Assembly (NCBI RefSeq): GCF_041956535.1
Contig: NW_027192233.1
Span: forward strand, 2,550-66,257
Direction: 5' to 3'
DNA from: Calcarisporiella thermophila CBS 279.70
Lineage: Eukaryota > Fungi > Calcarisporiellomycota
Length of the DNA: 63,708 nt
Part shown: positions 35,901 to 49,772 of the stretch, one piece after another
Position numbering within the stretch: the stretch's first letter is position 1
Layout of the letters: each line of letters begins with the position of its first letter
Position numbers and translations under genes: made by a program
The notes under the pieces: generated by a model
The model's input: only the letters and a program-made list of their open reading frames with translations
Told to the model about the DNA's origin: nothing
Databases searched by the model: none

Positions 35901-36120
35901 CGTCGCGTAACGAAATGCAACTGAGTATTGGAGTTTAGAAAATTACTGGCGCTCTTTGCCTTGACACGCTCTGAAAATTATATCCGATTCATGCGTAAAC
36001 AAAATTTTGATGATGTTTCGTTTAACGTCACCAATTCAGGGGGTGGTTAGGATTTCTCTGCAAACCTCGAGATCTACTTTCAACATCTAGTTCCTCCAAC
36101 ATAATTCTTCGTTTTTCAAA

Positions 36121-36775
36121 ATGGCCACGCATAGAGAAGCTGTTATTGTAGATACAAAGTTTGTGGATCCCGCACCTATGCCCGATGGTGTTCCAAAAGT
36201 CAGTGAAGTTGGAGCAACATCCGCACCGCTCAAATCCGCTGCCTTTTTTATCGGTCAATATTGCAAAGATTATAATGAGGATTTCATGCTATGTAAGAAT
36301 GAAAATGCGGACCCAGCACACTGTCTAAAGGAGGGCAGAAAGGTGACTCGCTGCGCAATGGATCTGTAAGTTTTCAACATTCTCTAAATTTTTTTTTCCC
36401 TTGTTTTATTTTTTTTTTCCACTACTCTCATCAATCATATATTTTCCATTCAATATCATTTTAACCATACTTTATTACAAAATGCAGGTTACGTAAATTG
36501 CGTGAAAACTGCGATAAGGAATTTGAGCAACATTGGCAGTGTCTCGATAAAAATAATCAGGAGTATACCTTCTGCCGCAAGGAGGAAAACAAGTTTAATA
36601 GCTGTGTGTTCAAGAGCCTTGTAAGTATATATATGTCATATATCTTTACTTAGATACGAATATATATGTACCAATGCTTTTCTTTAAATTCTCATTTTAG
36701 GGTCTCGAGAAAGTTATTCCTGGAGCAACTACACAAGTGCATCTAAATGAGAAACCGCTGCATGCTAAACGTTAG
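36121..36775 (+). CDS. NDUFA8: NADH:ubiquinone oxidoreductase subunit NDUFA8 (twin CX9C), 3 exons
   Basis: EVGATSAPLKSAAFFIGQYCKDYNEDFMLCK..DPAHCLKEGRKVTRCA..C..HWQCLDKNNQ..CRKEE. Confidence 0.95.
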
Positions 36776-36970
36776 AACCTGTGTTGTGTTAATAGATTCT
36801 TGTTCTTCTTCCTTTTTTTTCTTTTCTTATTATAAACTGTCTTTTCTATATATTTTCGAAAATATTTTGAGCACCAAGGCCAAATACGCGCTTTTGAAAT
36901 TTAGAGAAATTGTGACCGCATCCAATATGACTGCTGTAAGAACTTGCTCTTTTCCTTCGAATTTTAAAAA

Positions 36971-38075
36971 ATGGAGAAGTTGGAGACCACAGTTGAATCT
37001 TCTGAATTACGACACCGAGCAAAGGACAGCCTCAAAAGTTTGGATAATGAACAAGAGAATGCTAATTTAGGAGTAAATGAGCCATCATCACTAAATGAGA
37101 AAACTCCTGGCACGAACCAAAATGGAGAAAGCGCTGAGGAAATAAGAGGAGGAGAAAACACTAGATCAGGGCGGGATGACCGCATCTGTAGAATATGTCT
37201 TGCTGGCGTGGAAGAGGAAGAAGAATTAGGCCGATTATTTAGTCCATGCCTTTGCAATGGAACGATGTAAGCGAAAGATTCTCACCATCACCCCCTTACA
37301 TTTCATAAGCAACGCGAAATTGATGTCTTGCCATTTTCTGATTCTTCTCTGAAAACAATTAAACTAGGAAATATGTACACGTCAATTGTTTGAATCGCTG
37401 GCGAGTCTCAAGTCGCAAGAGCTCCTCATATTTTCAATGCGATAGCTGCAAATTCAAATACCGCTATAACCGAACTACATATGCAAAGATATTTTCTAGT
37501 GAGAGTATGTGCTATTTCGCCATTCACCCTCCTTTCAACCTCTTTTTTATTTTCTGCCTCCTTTTTATATTTATTTTTTTTTATTAACGATTCTCTTCTT
37601 ATCTTGACTAGTTTCTCTAACTTTTATCACTCTATTGGTGTTCCTGATCTACGCCTTCCTTGCTGGATTCCTCATGAAAATCATACTTCATTTTATCGAT
37701 ACTCCAGAAGCACCCCCCTCCTCACCGGCAAATCAAATCCTGCCCTACTATGAACCCCTCACTTGGCGTGAAGTTTTCACCGTTGATGGTGCCCACATGC
37801 TTCTCGGGTTACTCTTTGTAGGCTTCATCGGATTTCTCCAAATCTTACTCTCACTTGTCTGGCTCGGTCCATTCCAAGGATGGGGAGGGCTTCGGGTAAT
37901 CCGGGTTGGAGGTGGAGGGAATCGGGACGAAGGTCGATTGAATGGTGCTGTTTTAACTATACTTGTAGTAATTGGGGGGCTAAGAGCCATCTATGGAATA
38001 TGGATGGGGGTAAGACGTTTGAACCGGAGACTCCTGAATTCGGTGGAAATGGCAATTCTAGATGTAAACCAGTAG
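36971..38075 (+). CDS. RING-CH (RINGv/MARCH-type) membrane E3 ubiquitin ligase, 3 exons
   Basis: CRICL..LFSPCLCNGTMKYVHVNCLNRWR..CDSCKFKY followed by about three TM segments. Confidence 0.92.
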
Positions 38076-38320
38076 TGACCAGCTACTGTATTCAATGAAA
38101 TTTCCTCCGTTGTGAATAATTTGCCACGCTTCTTTAATTTGATCCCATATTCAACAATGATTCTCCAATACATTTAGAGTATTCTAACAAAAAACTTACG
38201 CTATTTTCCAAAGCCAAAATTGAGCGCTGTTTCCTGTTAGATCAATGTTTTTCTTTCATTCTCGATAAATCATTCTTATTAGGGGTAAAGCTTGATATAT
38301 TATCCACCGAGGTGAATATA

Positions 38321-41300
38321 CTAAGATACTGGTAACAATTCGCCCACCAACACTCGCTCATATTCCTCCATGACTCGTTGCAATCTTATCAACACTGAAG
38401 CACATACCTCTCTAACTCTCTCTTCTCGAGTCGTTTCAAGCGCTTCTAGTGCCCAATCTTTACACTCTACGACTTCTTTTCCAAAAGAATTAACTAGAGT
38501 TTGCGAGGACAGCGTGTTGATGGTGACAAGAATCCCAAAAAATAGGGCAGCCAAGCTTCCAACATGTCGAACATGGCGTAGAGAAAGAGCAAAATCAATA
38601 TATTCACGGCACATTTGATTGATATGAGGCGTATTCGCTAAATAATATTATAACAATTGTCTGCTTAGATCATTATATATTCAAAAAGAAAGTAACTACG
38701 ACATACTCGAACAATGCAAAAGTATTCCAAGGGCAGTGATGAATCTCTCTAGGAGAACTGGTTCCTGCATAGGATGATAGCCCATCGCCCTATTCAGCCA
38801 TGTGAATAATTATCAATAATCTGGAATAGCCTTAGCAGATCATACACAGAGCAGCACATACCCTGTACACATTTTCTGCCACCACCCTGCTAATAGAGGG
38901 AAAAAAAATGTTCTTGCATATTTTGCGAAACGGTTTTTTTGGGCGGTATTCAACGGACGCTGAGCGTGGAAGCGACGCGTCTTTCCACCACGCAGCTCTG
39001 AGACTTCATGGAGCGAGTCAGCCAAAGGATTACGTTGTGATTGAAGTGTGAGATCCTGAATTTGACTAGCGAGATAGTCAATAGTTTGTGGAGGCTTAGA
39101 GCGGTCAAACGATTTGGTCCTGCTCGAAAGATGCTTAAAACAATAGTGATGAGGTTAGTAGAGAAACAACCAAATTCAGAATTGAATGGTTGAGTGAATA
39201 CCGAATCCACTCCAGCAAGTTCTTTGGCTCCAGCAACTAATCCTGATAAAATTACAAAGCGTTGTCCAAGGGAATATTCTTTTGCAAAAAATTGCTCCAC
39301 GATATACGGAACTGCGATCTCTGGTGCGCTTACTATGAGAGCGATCAAGGCTGCCTGTCTACATGAACTAAACTCCTCGAAATCATAATTGTCCTGTAAC
39401 CCAATTATACAACGAGCAAGTTCAACAGCCAACTCTCCTAGAAAAGATCGTAGAAAAATAGAGCGTTAGATCGTATTTTCTATTCAAAACATTAATTCAT
39501 AGTACCTAGCTCTGTTCCGACTCCAGCTTTCTGTCGAATCAACCCCTCGGCCTCTCGAAGCCCTAGTTCAAGTCGGTCTGGATCTTCGTGTGCACGCAAG
39601 TAAACAAGCAGCTCCCCAATGTATACCGGCTTCTTGATGCGCTTGGCTTTTGGCTTTCCTCGCTGACTCTCCTTCACGTCTTCATCCTCATCTTCCATAG
39701 GATACGGAACTAAACTGTCTTCCGAGGTAGCATCACTAAAGGCTTCATCGTCTCCGTTGTCCTCTATATAAATATTAATATATAACTTGAAATTCTATTT
39801 GGCTTATAATTAGAGATTTTACCATTTGCATAATGGAGTTCCACGATTGAATCTGGATCATCTTCCAATTCCTCGATATTTTCCTGGGAAGCTAAATCTT
39901 TATCAGCGATACCTGTATGTACTGTATCAACGACCCCCTCAATGTTATCCTCCGCTACCTCCTGGAATTCTTCTCTCTCGTCAACAGAAACAATCCCATC
40001 TTGTGCATTCACCAACTCAGCAAGAGCAACCATATCTTCGTCTGACCAATCCAATCCAAAATCAAGCGCTGTACCATTTGGATTGCTTTTTTTCGATATA
40101 ATTTCGGCCGTCATCTGCAATTAAAAGAGCCGAATATTTAAAATAATTTTCGTCACGAGGTTCACAAAAGATAAAAGTTACCATTCCCAATTTTCGTATA
40201 TCCTCCGCAGTACTGTCCAAATAAAAAGTCATTCCTCTTAGCATAGGGCCATTTTGAAATATCGAGGCAAGCTGGGTCTGAGACAGATATCCGGTCACGA
40301 GAAGAAGAGCTCCAGTGAGGTATTTTTGTTGCTCGAGCGATGCGTGCCCTATAAATACAGGATCAATCCATGCCTCGGCTATCAACTTGGCATCTTCTAA
40401 TAGCCCATTATTCTCAGCTGATGAAATAAAAATTACTTTGAGAATGTGACTTTAATCCAATTCTGCTATAGTATTACCTTCCTCCATCGGAAAATCACTT
40501 AGCAAACAAGTTGCAATTCTTAGCGACCCAAATCCGTATACCTGCCCACCAAGAATGATTCTTCGTATTATTATACTCCTTAATATAACTTCATCTCCCG
40601 TCATGCTTGGCTTTTTTGCAAATGGCCCTATCCAGGAACGCAGCCATCTAGCAATTTTTCTAATTTCCCGTTTCGATCTCTGAGTCGGAGAGATATATTT
40701 GTTTGACGGGTACAAATCCGATAAATGAGAAAAAAGTGCAGTTATAAAGCGTTCAAGAGAAGATTGGCTGAGATTGTCAAAAACTAGTTTCCATGCTTGC
40801 ATGTATAAGATAGGCTCAGAGGCGGAGGTGAGAAAACGAGAACGGACGCGAGAATAAAAACTTTCGATAGCCGGCTCTTCAGGTCAAATAATTGAATAAT
40901 ATAAAATAAATAAAAATGAAGAAGATGCAACCAATTGCCTAATAATATCACTTACGTGTGCATCCCAATCGACATAGCTTTTCAAGGAAATTGCTAGCTG
41001 CATATGCTAAAGTGTCTATTGAAGCTTCAAAAAATTACGACCATGATAGATATTGTAAGTGACCATGAAAATGAACTCCAAATAACACAATATGGCATAT
41101 TTACTGAATTGAGGAGAAGAGTTGTGAGCATCCCATATCATGACTTCGAACCGTTCTGAAAGATACTTAAAATATAGTCTAATGTCGAATTAGCATATAC
41201 TACATCCAATCATAATTATTCGCAATATCTATAAAAACATACTTGTCATAAAAGAAATCCGCATCATCAGCCAATTCCTCTCCCGGTCGCATCTCCATTA

Positions 41301-42010
41301 TGACTAAATAATTAGCAATCCTAGTTGGCACAGAACACAGCAAGTCTACCACTTCTCTCCAATCCTTCTTTTCCCCTAAGCTCTCCTCGTTATCGAAAAA
41401 TATCGCTTGGAAAAAATCTTCCATATTAAAGCAAGTGAGCAGCCGCCGAAGAATACGTACTACTGTTTTCACCAGATATGAATGCAAAGGTGCATCACCG
41501 GCGCGCAAGTTTGCGACTAGCACCTTAAAAGACACCATAGCCATTTTTCTTACGTTTACTTTTTGTGTGTTTTCACTGACAAAAGGAACAAAACATCCTT
41601 CAAAACACTGTGTCTGAACGATGGATAATGAAGTGATGAACTCGATTGGTAGCTGAAGAAGATGTTGGAGAGGGCGAGTCCATAACGAAGTGATCGAATG
41701 CAAACTTAAAGGAGGAGAGAGAGCGCGTAGAATAATAGAATAATCGTGCCCAATTTTAAGTATTTCAGCTGGAGATATTGAACTGGACAAGATGTTTTTA
41801 ATAGTGCTCCGAAGGAGGTCCTCAATGACCTTACAAATCAAATGTCAGTAGATCAAAGTAACAGTCTACTATTTAGCCTTTTATCACCTTGTTTCTTGTA
41901 ATTTGCCCATGTTTCTGAGCCATTTCTCTCAGATCCGCTAATGTTCTCGAGTTTTCTTCTACATTTCTAGCGGAGCTAGGCGGCCTGGGTTGCCTTTCAT
42001 GCAACTCCAT
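38321..42010 (-). CDS. TEL2: Telomere length regulation protein TEL2 (TTT co-chaperone), multi-exon
   Basis: LVPYPMEDED..KPVYIGELLVYL..EAEGLIRQKA..GTEL..LQDNYDFEEF..RQAALIAL..YSLGQR..GKTRRF..NRFAKYARTFFFPL. Confidence 0.9.
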
Positions 42011-42138
42011 ACTTGTAGGCTGTAGCCTTTGCAATGCGTTTACGAGAAGTATTAAATGAATTACAATGATTTAAAACTGCGTGACTGGCATTTTCGATCC
42101 CTAACCTCCTTCTCTCCCGCTCTCCACATTGCCGCCCG

Positions 42139-42973
42139 ATGCATTTACTATCCCTCATTTTGGCCCTTTTCTTTTCACTGATCTCTGTGAGGGCAAATAC
42201 GGCGATAAGAAGATTTCACGTATCATATGACGATCCCATCTCGCGCTTACCAGATGGAATAACAGAGGATTTGTTTACCGAAATGTAAAAGATATTCCAA
42301 TAATCTTCTTAGCTGGCTACTAACTATTTTATCTTTTTCTTGTTAATGTTAGCAAGGTGCTCAAAGCACCATATGAGTTTGTCACTCGTGAGTTCATTAC
42401 ACCTGGTGGCGAACAGTGGTATAAAATCGCTGGCCTAAAAACAGGTGACAATTATGAACTGAGAATATCATACCCGTCTACGGTAATTATGGATTGGAGA
42501 GTTTTCAATTGTCTAGTCTGAATTCATGACAGTTATGTTAGCATCCCACGGGATTCTCGCTAGATCTATTTTCAGGAAATGATGGTAGAATGGTATGATA
42601 TTCTTTTACTTTGATATAATTTTTCCTCTCCCCTTCCCCTAGTATTCAATTTATATTATTTGTTTAAAATCACAGAGCAAGTGGTTACGAGTTCGCGCTG
42701 AATATGAAGGATATTCGCACTTGCCTAATCGCGAAAGTATCCCTGTTCCTTTTAACATTGGTATTTTTTTTTGTCGGCACTTAGTTTATATATATTAGTT
42801 AACATTTGATAATGGTAGTTTTAGAAAGACTCGTTTACGGGCTCTCCATCCAGGCCTATAAGTTGGCATTGACCATTCTTTTAACAATTCTTGCCGGAAT
42901 ATATTTCGTGGTCCCCGCTGTGAAGCGACAACTGGAGAAGGTGGAGAAAGAGGAGGATGAAAAAGAAAAATAA
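42139..42973 (+). CDS. Small type-I membrane protein, Pga1/YJR112W-A-like (5 exons)
   Basis: Signal peptide, WYKIAGLKTGDNYELRISYPSTHPTGFSL, VPFNIVLERLVYG, C-terminal TM and a charged tail; all introns GT-AG and in frame. The family name is tentative. Confidence 0.7.
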
Positions 42974-43114
42974 AGTGTCGCTTTGTTTAATTTGTAATTA
43001 AATAAATAGATATTATCCCACCAGCGTTATCAAAGCAAAGTGTATAACTTTTTAACAAGGAAATATGCAGATGGACTTGTGCAATACCGAGATAAAAAAC
43101 CATCAGAAACCATC

Positions 43115-44622
43115 CTATGTTCGCCGCCGCTTGAATGGCATTCGGCGATGCTCTTTCGCCGCATTCCGTTTCCTGCGCTTTTCAATTGCCTTCTCGATGG
43201 CCTTGGGATCCTTCTTGAGTTCGTTGAAGCGCTCAACCAACTCGAGTTTCTTTTCATCCGCTATAAATAGTGGGGAGGATTAGTGATCAGCCGTCTAATC
43301 TCTCCACCAAAATGGCCGAAAACACTCACATTTCTTCAAGAAGTATGGCTTCTTGCCCTCGGAAATCAACTTCATTTCGGCCTTCTTACGCGCTCGCTTC
43401 AATTCCTTCAAATGTTTTTCTCTCTTCAGAGCTGCTTCTTTCGATTCCTAGAGTGTAGAAAATAGGAGCCAATATCAACTATATATTCCTTGTTTATAAA
43501 AAAAAATAAACCAAGGCTGTACCAATCGCTTCAGCTCTCCTAGTAGTCTCTCTTTCTCTAATGGGTTTTTTGTTTTCTTCAACTTCTCTTTTAGCTGGCT
43601 AAGCTCAGATTGTTTGTAATCCGCAATAAAACTGTATGACTTTTCAAACAGATCCTGATTGAGTTTGCCAGAAAGTTGATCGAAGCGTGGATCGCGTCGT
43701 TTCTATCGAAAATTAAAGGAAATTAAAAAAATAAGTGAAAATTGTTGAAAAAAACAAAAACAAAACTTACCGTAGCTTCTATCGGCACCACTTCACGGAA
43801 TCTACTTACTGGCCTCTTGATAGAAATTTCCATAGGCCTATCAGATATATTAGTATTTAAATCCAGAAAGACTGGAACTACAATATAAAGATTGGAAAAG
43901 ATATTTACGCATTCTTATGCTTTCGCTTCTCGATTTCCGCTTGCTTTCTGGTATTTTTGGCAACTTTTTTCTCCTTCTTCTTTTCTTTAGGTCGGCTCTC
44001 TTCTTCGTCTGTGTCCTCTTCTGAGTCATGCGTAGCTTGTTTGCGGAAATTCTTATGGAATGCCTTCATTCCAACTTTCTCCTGAATTTCGGCGAGCTTT
44101 TCAAAAGGAATGTTAGCTAGACTTTGTTCTATCCGTTCCTATAGAAGTGAAATTCAAGGGTGATTAGCTAGAATATTTAGTGAGAACATTTCGATAGAAT
44201 GAGTACAATTTCATCGTCTACTCTAGATTCGTCAGAATCCGTATCATCGTCTGATCTATCATCAGAATCTGATTGCGAATCTTCACTCACTTCTTCCTCT
44301 TCCTCCTCCCCTTCCTCTTCCTCTTCCTCTTCTAATCCATCATCGCCAGATTCTGCATGTTCTCCATCATAATTTTGTACTTCATTATCTGTCCCTGATT
44401 CTTCACCTTCGCTAGCTTGATCGAAAGCCATCATTCTTCGCTCCGCTCGTAACCGATCTTCATCCTAAAATGCATCATCAAGTTAATGAGATTAGGATTA
44501 TTTGATATATAAACCACCAAAATAATGTAGCCTACAATACGTAAATTATTTGTCCTCGAGTTACTCCTCCTCCTGCTATTACTTGCAATTGTGTTCATAT
44601 CTTTCTGTTTTGGTTTGGGCAT
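43115..44622 (-). CDS. RRP36: rRNA biogenesis protein RRP36 (DUF947), multi-exon
   Basis: Acidic N-terminus, IPFEKLAEIQEKVG, PMEISIKRPVSRFR, RDPRFDQLSG, GKKPYFLKK, KRRKRNAAKEHRRMP. Confidence 0.93.
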
Positions 44623-47098
44623 TTTGATAACTCTTTTCAGTATACTGCCTATGTGTCAAATTCAAGCTTTAATCATTAGCGGCTTAGTTTATTTACCTCG
44701 GGACTGCTTTTTCATTAATCTTTTAGAGAACAGACGGAATATTAAACAAAATGTAGGATCTACATTTTGTTTTATATTCCGTCCTATCACTCTCAACCGT
44801 AATTATTCCAAGCCCATCCTCGACCTCTGAATAAATATAATTTTACATATATATTAATAGTGTAGGGTGGAGGTTGCAATAGCTATATAAGCTGTAAGTG
44901 ACAAATCTCTAAACGATTTTGACGCCAAATGATAAAAGAGTACAACTGATGTTTCTTGCTCGCCGCCGAGGAAAATAAACTGAACCATCGAGGTGAAAAG
45001 ATCGAAAGGAAGAAGAACTAGTAAACTATTGCAACTATCATTTCACCCGATATCAAAGCGATTTGCAAATTTGCAAATGATTTCCTATCGATTTTCAATT
45101 GCATGGGCTTGTGAACATATAATAGCTATTCATACTTTGACGGATTTTCGTCAGTATTCTATCAACTCCTTTAGAGATAGGCAATTTTTTCAGTTAAACA
45201 GTCCCTAATAGTTGGATATTTCACTTGTACTCAAACCACAAAGTAAATTAAAACCTCTTCATTGATCTCGATTTATCGTCATTGGCGCCATCCTCGAGCT
45301 CTTCACTTGCCTTGTGCGTGCCTCACAGACCATTTCTGTAGACATCCATTCTCATATCTCATCAGAAACTGATGAGTGGATTGATTACACAATGCGTTGG
45401 CCAATCTTGGGCATAAGGCGAAGAGATAAGATGATAGGCGGTATAATATGATTTTTTCATCATGTAAAGTCTTTTTCACTACCTTAAGGAAAATAAAAAA
45501 AATAGTGACCTCACCCATCAGTGCGATTAGAGTTAACTTTATTTATCAAGAAGAAAAAAAAGAAATTCTCTTTGGCAACCAAGCTGGGTCTTGCTCAAAA
45601 TTTCCTGTAAGAAACCCATCAGGATGATTACAACACCTGAAATGACGAGGTCTAGAAACAGGTTTATTGTGCTCCAGTTGTGGATAAGGCAGTGACCATG
45701 CGCGTGTACATATCGTGTGCTAGGTGCATATGGAAGTCAGAGGCGGCTAGTTTCACGGTCCAAAATGTAGACCAGCCTGCCAAATGGCTCAATGAACATG
45801 GATACTATTTTTAAAGGTTTCAGTTTTGCAATGTGGTGCATGGGGGATGCAAATATAAGCTCATTATGCACAAAGTGATTCAAACGGCAAAATTTGGACC
45901 TGTTCTCTTGCCTCGTATTTGAAAACAAATGCCATGGCATGTTTCGAGTGCAAACCATAAAGTTTTTCAGCCCATGTTTGGATATCGACAAGTGATGCTT
46001 TGCTTGTACAATCAAGCGCAGACAGTGCCTCTGCTCGTTTCTAAAACAACCATAAGGAGGCGAGGGAGGAGAAAGAGATGACAAATTGGCGCCATACTAG
46101 CCCAGCGGAGCTCGTCGTTGTCTCATCTTTTCGTTATCTTTCCCAAGCGATTTTGCAATGGCCCTTTCGCAACAAGCCGATTCTGTGGTGCAATGAGTCT
46201 CTGCGCCACTGAGCCGCTTCAAGGATATTGCGGGCTGTCCTTGGGAAATGGCATTATTTTTGGGGACTGGAACCACCACTAAGATCCGCTCATGCTAATA
46301 GGGCCACTCGGCCAATCAGGGGCTTCGAGGCCCGAACAAGCTTGGTCTGAGCCTGGGGGATTGATTGCACAGTCCCAACACCTACTCTTGTCTCCAAAGG
46401 GATAAGAGGACGGGGTCCGGACCAAATAGAAACAACCGAGCGAGAGGTCACGCGACTTTCGACGAATATTTCGCAAGTGTCAAAAAATCTCAACCCCTAT
46501 TATTATTCGACGCTTTTGCACTCGCAAGCTTCTTCTTTCTCGTTCGTCATTTTCTCGCACTTCGGCATATTGTTAGAAAACACTCGCCATCTCGCTGCAA
46601 TCGCTCTCCCCTCTATTTCAAGCTGTTAATTAATCTCCACATTTCCTCTCGTCGCCCATCACCTTCTTTTTTTTTTCGCCCCCTCCTCCTCTTGCCCTTG
46701 GCTAATTGCGCCTTTTAGTCATGTCCTTCTAAAGAAGATCGAATCTTCTTTGGATCATTCTCCATTTCCTCAATGTGCTTCCCGCATTCCACTTATCATC
46801 ACTTTTAATTCTGACCATAAGCCGTTAACCATCTATTCTCTTATACAATCTCTTTTTCCCCCTTTGATTCTGTATTATAACCTAGTTTAATAGTTTGTCT
46901 ATTGCCTTTCTACGGATCTTGATCCCCCCTTTCTCTCTCTTTATCTATAAGCTCTTGCTAGGAGTTGCAAGTGTTGGGAGGGCGAACGCGCTAGTGCGGT
47001 GCGAGTAGTGGTTTTATAATCTTGTATCCTATAGTTATATTTTGTGTCGTATTCAACCTATCCTGTATTTCTACCGCTTCCCACCGTTCTTGGCCACC

Positions 47099-48334
47099 AT
47101 GTCTGTCACCGACGATTACGCTATCTCAAAACTTGGTCGCACCATCGATAACACCTACGAGCTCGTCGACATCATCGGTCGCGGCTCCTATGGTTGCCTT
47201 TACCTCGCACGCACCATCCTCGACCAGTCTCACTACTTTGCTGTGAAGCATCTCTCCAAGCAAGGCCTCAATCCTGTCGAGCTCTCTTTGCAGCGGGAAG
47301 AGTTCTCTCTGCATTCTCGATTGCCCGCCCATCCGAACATTGTGAAACTGGTGCGTGTTGTGGAAACCGATGAAGATGTCTGGATGGTGCTTGAACTGTG
47401 TGCCGGCGGTGATGTCTTTGACCTGATTGAGCGGGGCTGGTTGGGTGACTCGGAGGGTGTAAGATCTTGCTTCGTGCAGATCCTTCGGGCGGTGGAGCAC
47501 TGCCACCTCCACGGGGTCTATCACCGGGACATCAAGCCAGAGAATATCCTTGTTGCCGAGGATGGCACGCTCAAGCTCGCCGACTTTGGCCTTGCGACCA
47601 GCGAGATCTTTATCGAGGGCGAGTATGGTGTGGGAACGTTGGCTTATTTGGCCCCTGAGCAGCATCCGGACGTGAGCGAGGCCGGAACCGTGTACGACAC
47701 GGCGAAAGGAGACGTGTGGGCCCTGGGAGTATTACTGGTGGCGATGATGACTGGGCGAAACCCGTGGCGCGAGGCCAATGCCGCCAAGGACAAGGTGTTC
47801 GCCGACTACGTGCGGAATCCGGTTGCCGTGCTCGGCCAGATGTTCCCGCAAATATCGGCCGAGGCCCTCGCGATCCTGCTCGGGCTCCTGGCGATCGATC
47901 CCTCGAAGCGCCCCACCATCACCGAAGCGAGCAGGCAAATTCTCGCTGCGAAGATTCTGATTGTTGAGCAGAACGAGGTGGAGAAGGAGGAGGAAGTGAA
48001 GGAAGTGGCGGCCAGTAAGGAGGAGCAAGCGAAGAGGAAGCTGGCTGAGGAGCAGGCGGATGAGGAGGAAGCTAGCGAGAAGGAAGACGAGGGGTATGGC
48101 TCATATTCGCCTCCACGAATGGTCAAGTCGGTAGGCTTGTCCTCCAGCTGGTCCGACCTTGCGGACGAGGAGGGCGAAATGGATTTCTCTATGCCAGCGT
48201 TTAACGCGCTGCCTATTTCCACCTTCAATTCGTCTCCGGAAGTGCCTTTAGTACAGGAAACATCCTTTAGTATAAAAGAAAAGGGAGCTCTGGTGGAGCC
48301 CGAAGACGACGGCGTGTTCGTCTTTGAAATGTAG
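47099..48334 (+). CDS. Ser/Thr protein kinase, Ran1/Pat1 (Sks1/Vhs1) family, intronless
   Basis: gccaccATG context; IGRGSYG, AVK, HPNIV, HRDIKPENIL, DFGLAT, GVGTLAYLAPE, DVWALG, GRNPW (RAN-family hallmark). Confidence 0.9.
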   Translation: MSVTDDYAISKLGRTIDNTYELVDIIGRGSYGCLYLARTILDQSHYFAVKHLSKQGLNPVELSLQREEFSLHSRLPAHPNIVKLVRVVETDEDVWMVLELCAGGDVFDLIERGWLGDSEGVRSCFVQILRAVEHCHLHGVYHRDIKPENILVAEDGTLKLADFGLATSEIFIEGEYGVGTLAYLAPEQHPDVSEAGTVYDTAKGDVWALGVLLVAMMTGRNPWREANAAKDKVFADYVRNPVAVLGQMFPQISAEALAILLGLLAIDPSKRPTITEASRQILAAKILIVEQNEVEKEEEVKEVAASKEEQAKRKLAEEQADEEEASEKEDEGYGSYSPPRMVKSVGLSSSWSDLADEEGEMDFSMPAFNALPISTFNSSPEVPLVQETSFSIKEKGALVEPEDDGVFVFEM

Positions 48335-48557
48335 ATTTTAAATCATCATTTAGTGTTTCAATAAAGTAATTCACCTTCGGCTAATGACAGCTAACCTATC
48401 GAGGACGAAGCCAAAAACCCATTGCATGTCGCATGCTCATAACTGAAACAGAAAAAGAAAGGCATTTATTTACATAAAATGAGAACAGTGACAGTATCCA
48501 ATAAATAGAGTTCGACGGCACAGATCCCCCCTCCCCCCAAGGGATCCACATTTTGAT

Positions 48558-49772
48558 CTATCCACGGTCCGACAAGGACCGGTAGAAGAGGTTGTGCGCG
48601 TTCTCCAGATCAAACATCAGCTGTCGGACATCGTCCTCTCCAAGCGTGTCGCTCGCCTTCATCTGGTTGAGGGTGATAAGCCAGTTACGCAACTTCTCCT
48701 TGGAGTCCTCGAATTCAGGCGGTAGAGACACGTAGTGTAAGCTCTGCATCAGGTCGCTGAGCTGTGGATGCAGCTGATCCACTGCCGTGAAGTTGAGCTT
48801 GAGGGCATCCATCAGGGTAATGAAATGCTAAGAAAATACAAGGGCTTGGTTAATAGTGAAGGGATGAGAGGAGGCCAAGCAAAGCTCATAGAGCAAGGGG
48901 GTCTTGGGTTATATATATTTATATATATATCCTCGATAAGAAGGAAAAAATAGAGGGCAGGAAGTCATTACCTGCACCGTCTCTGCAACGTATTTGGCTG
49001 ACCGACTAGGATCTCTACCCGACTCTGCTGCATGCTCGATCGTCGCTGGCACTCCGATTTTCAGTAACCTATTAGCTGCCGCTGGGCATTCCAGCTGCCA
49101 TGAGATTCATCGATTAGACTTCGCAATGTTCCCATCTGTATAACCATGATTTACAAGCAATAGGCTTGCATCTAGGTAAGGTCACCTACCTTATATTCTC
49201 GCATGAATTGTTCCACATCGGGTACTGCATCTCGCACCAGATTCAGGGCGGTTTTGAATTGAGCAATGAGTCTGGCACATGCGGGAGTATAGCTTGAAAG
49301 AATAGAGAAATAAACCCATTCAATGAACCAAAGGATTGTGATATAGTAAAAGTGAAGTCGATGGCTTACTCTTGAGGAGTGATGCTGTCTCGAATATAGG
49401 CTTTTTCAAGGTGTTCGACGGTGACAATGATTGCGTAAAGATCAGCCATGGTCTCATACTTCTCACGTCCTTTGCTGTTTGTATATAATTTGATTTCCTA
49501 AAAAAGGCAGTAAGGAAGGATGAGAAAGGAATACAGAGAGAAGAAACGGAGAGGGATGGAGGAAGCTGCTAGAGATACATCTGCAAAATTTGTCACGCAC
49601 CTCATCTAAATTCCTGTCTTTCAATTAGAAGAAAATAAATTAGAAGACAACTATCATTTTCACACCAATCAAACTTACTGCGATCGGTAGAGGCTGATGC
49701 AGTAGAGGGTCTAGATGCAGAATCGTTGAAGTGGAAATTGGTGGGAGTATTGTAACTTGGTGGTTGCTGCAT
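48558..49772 (-). CDS. VPS28: ESCRT-I subunit Vps28, multi-exon
   Basis: NLDEEIKLYTN..REKYETMADLYAII..LEKAYIRD..YTPACARLIAQFK..HFITLMDALKL..DQLHPQLSDL..RQLMFDLE. Confidence 0.96.
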
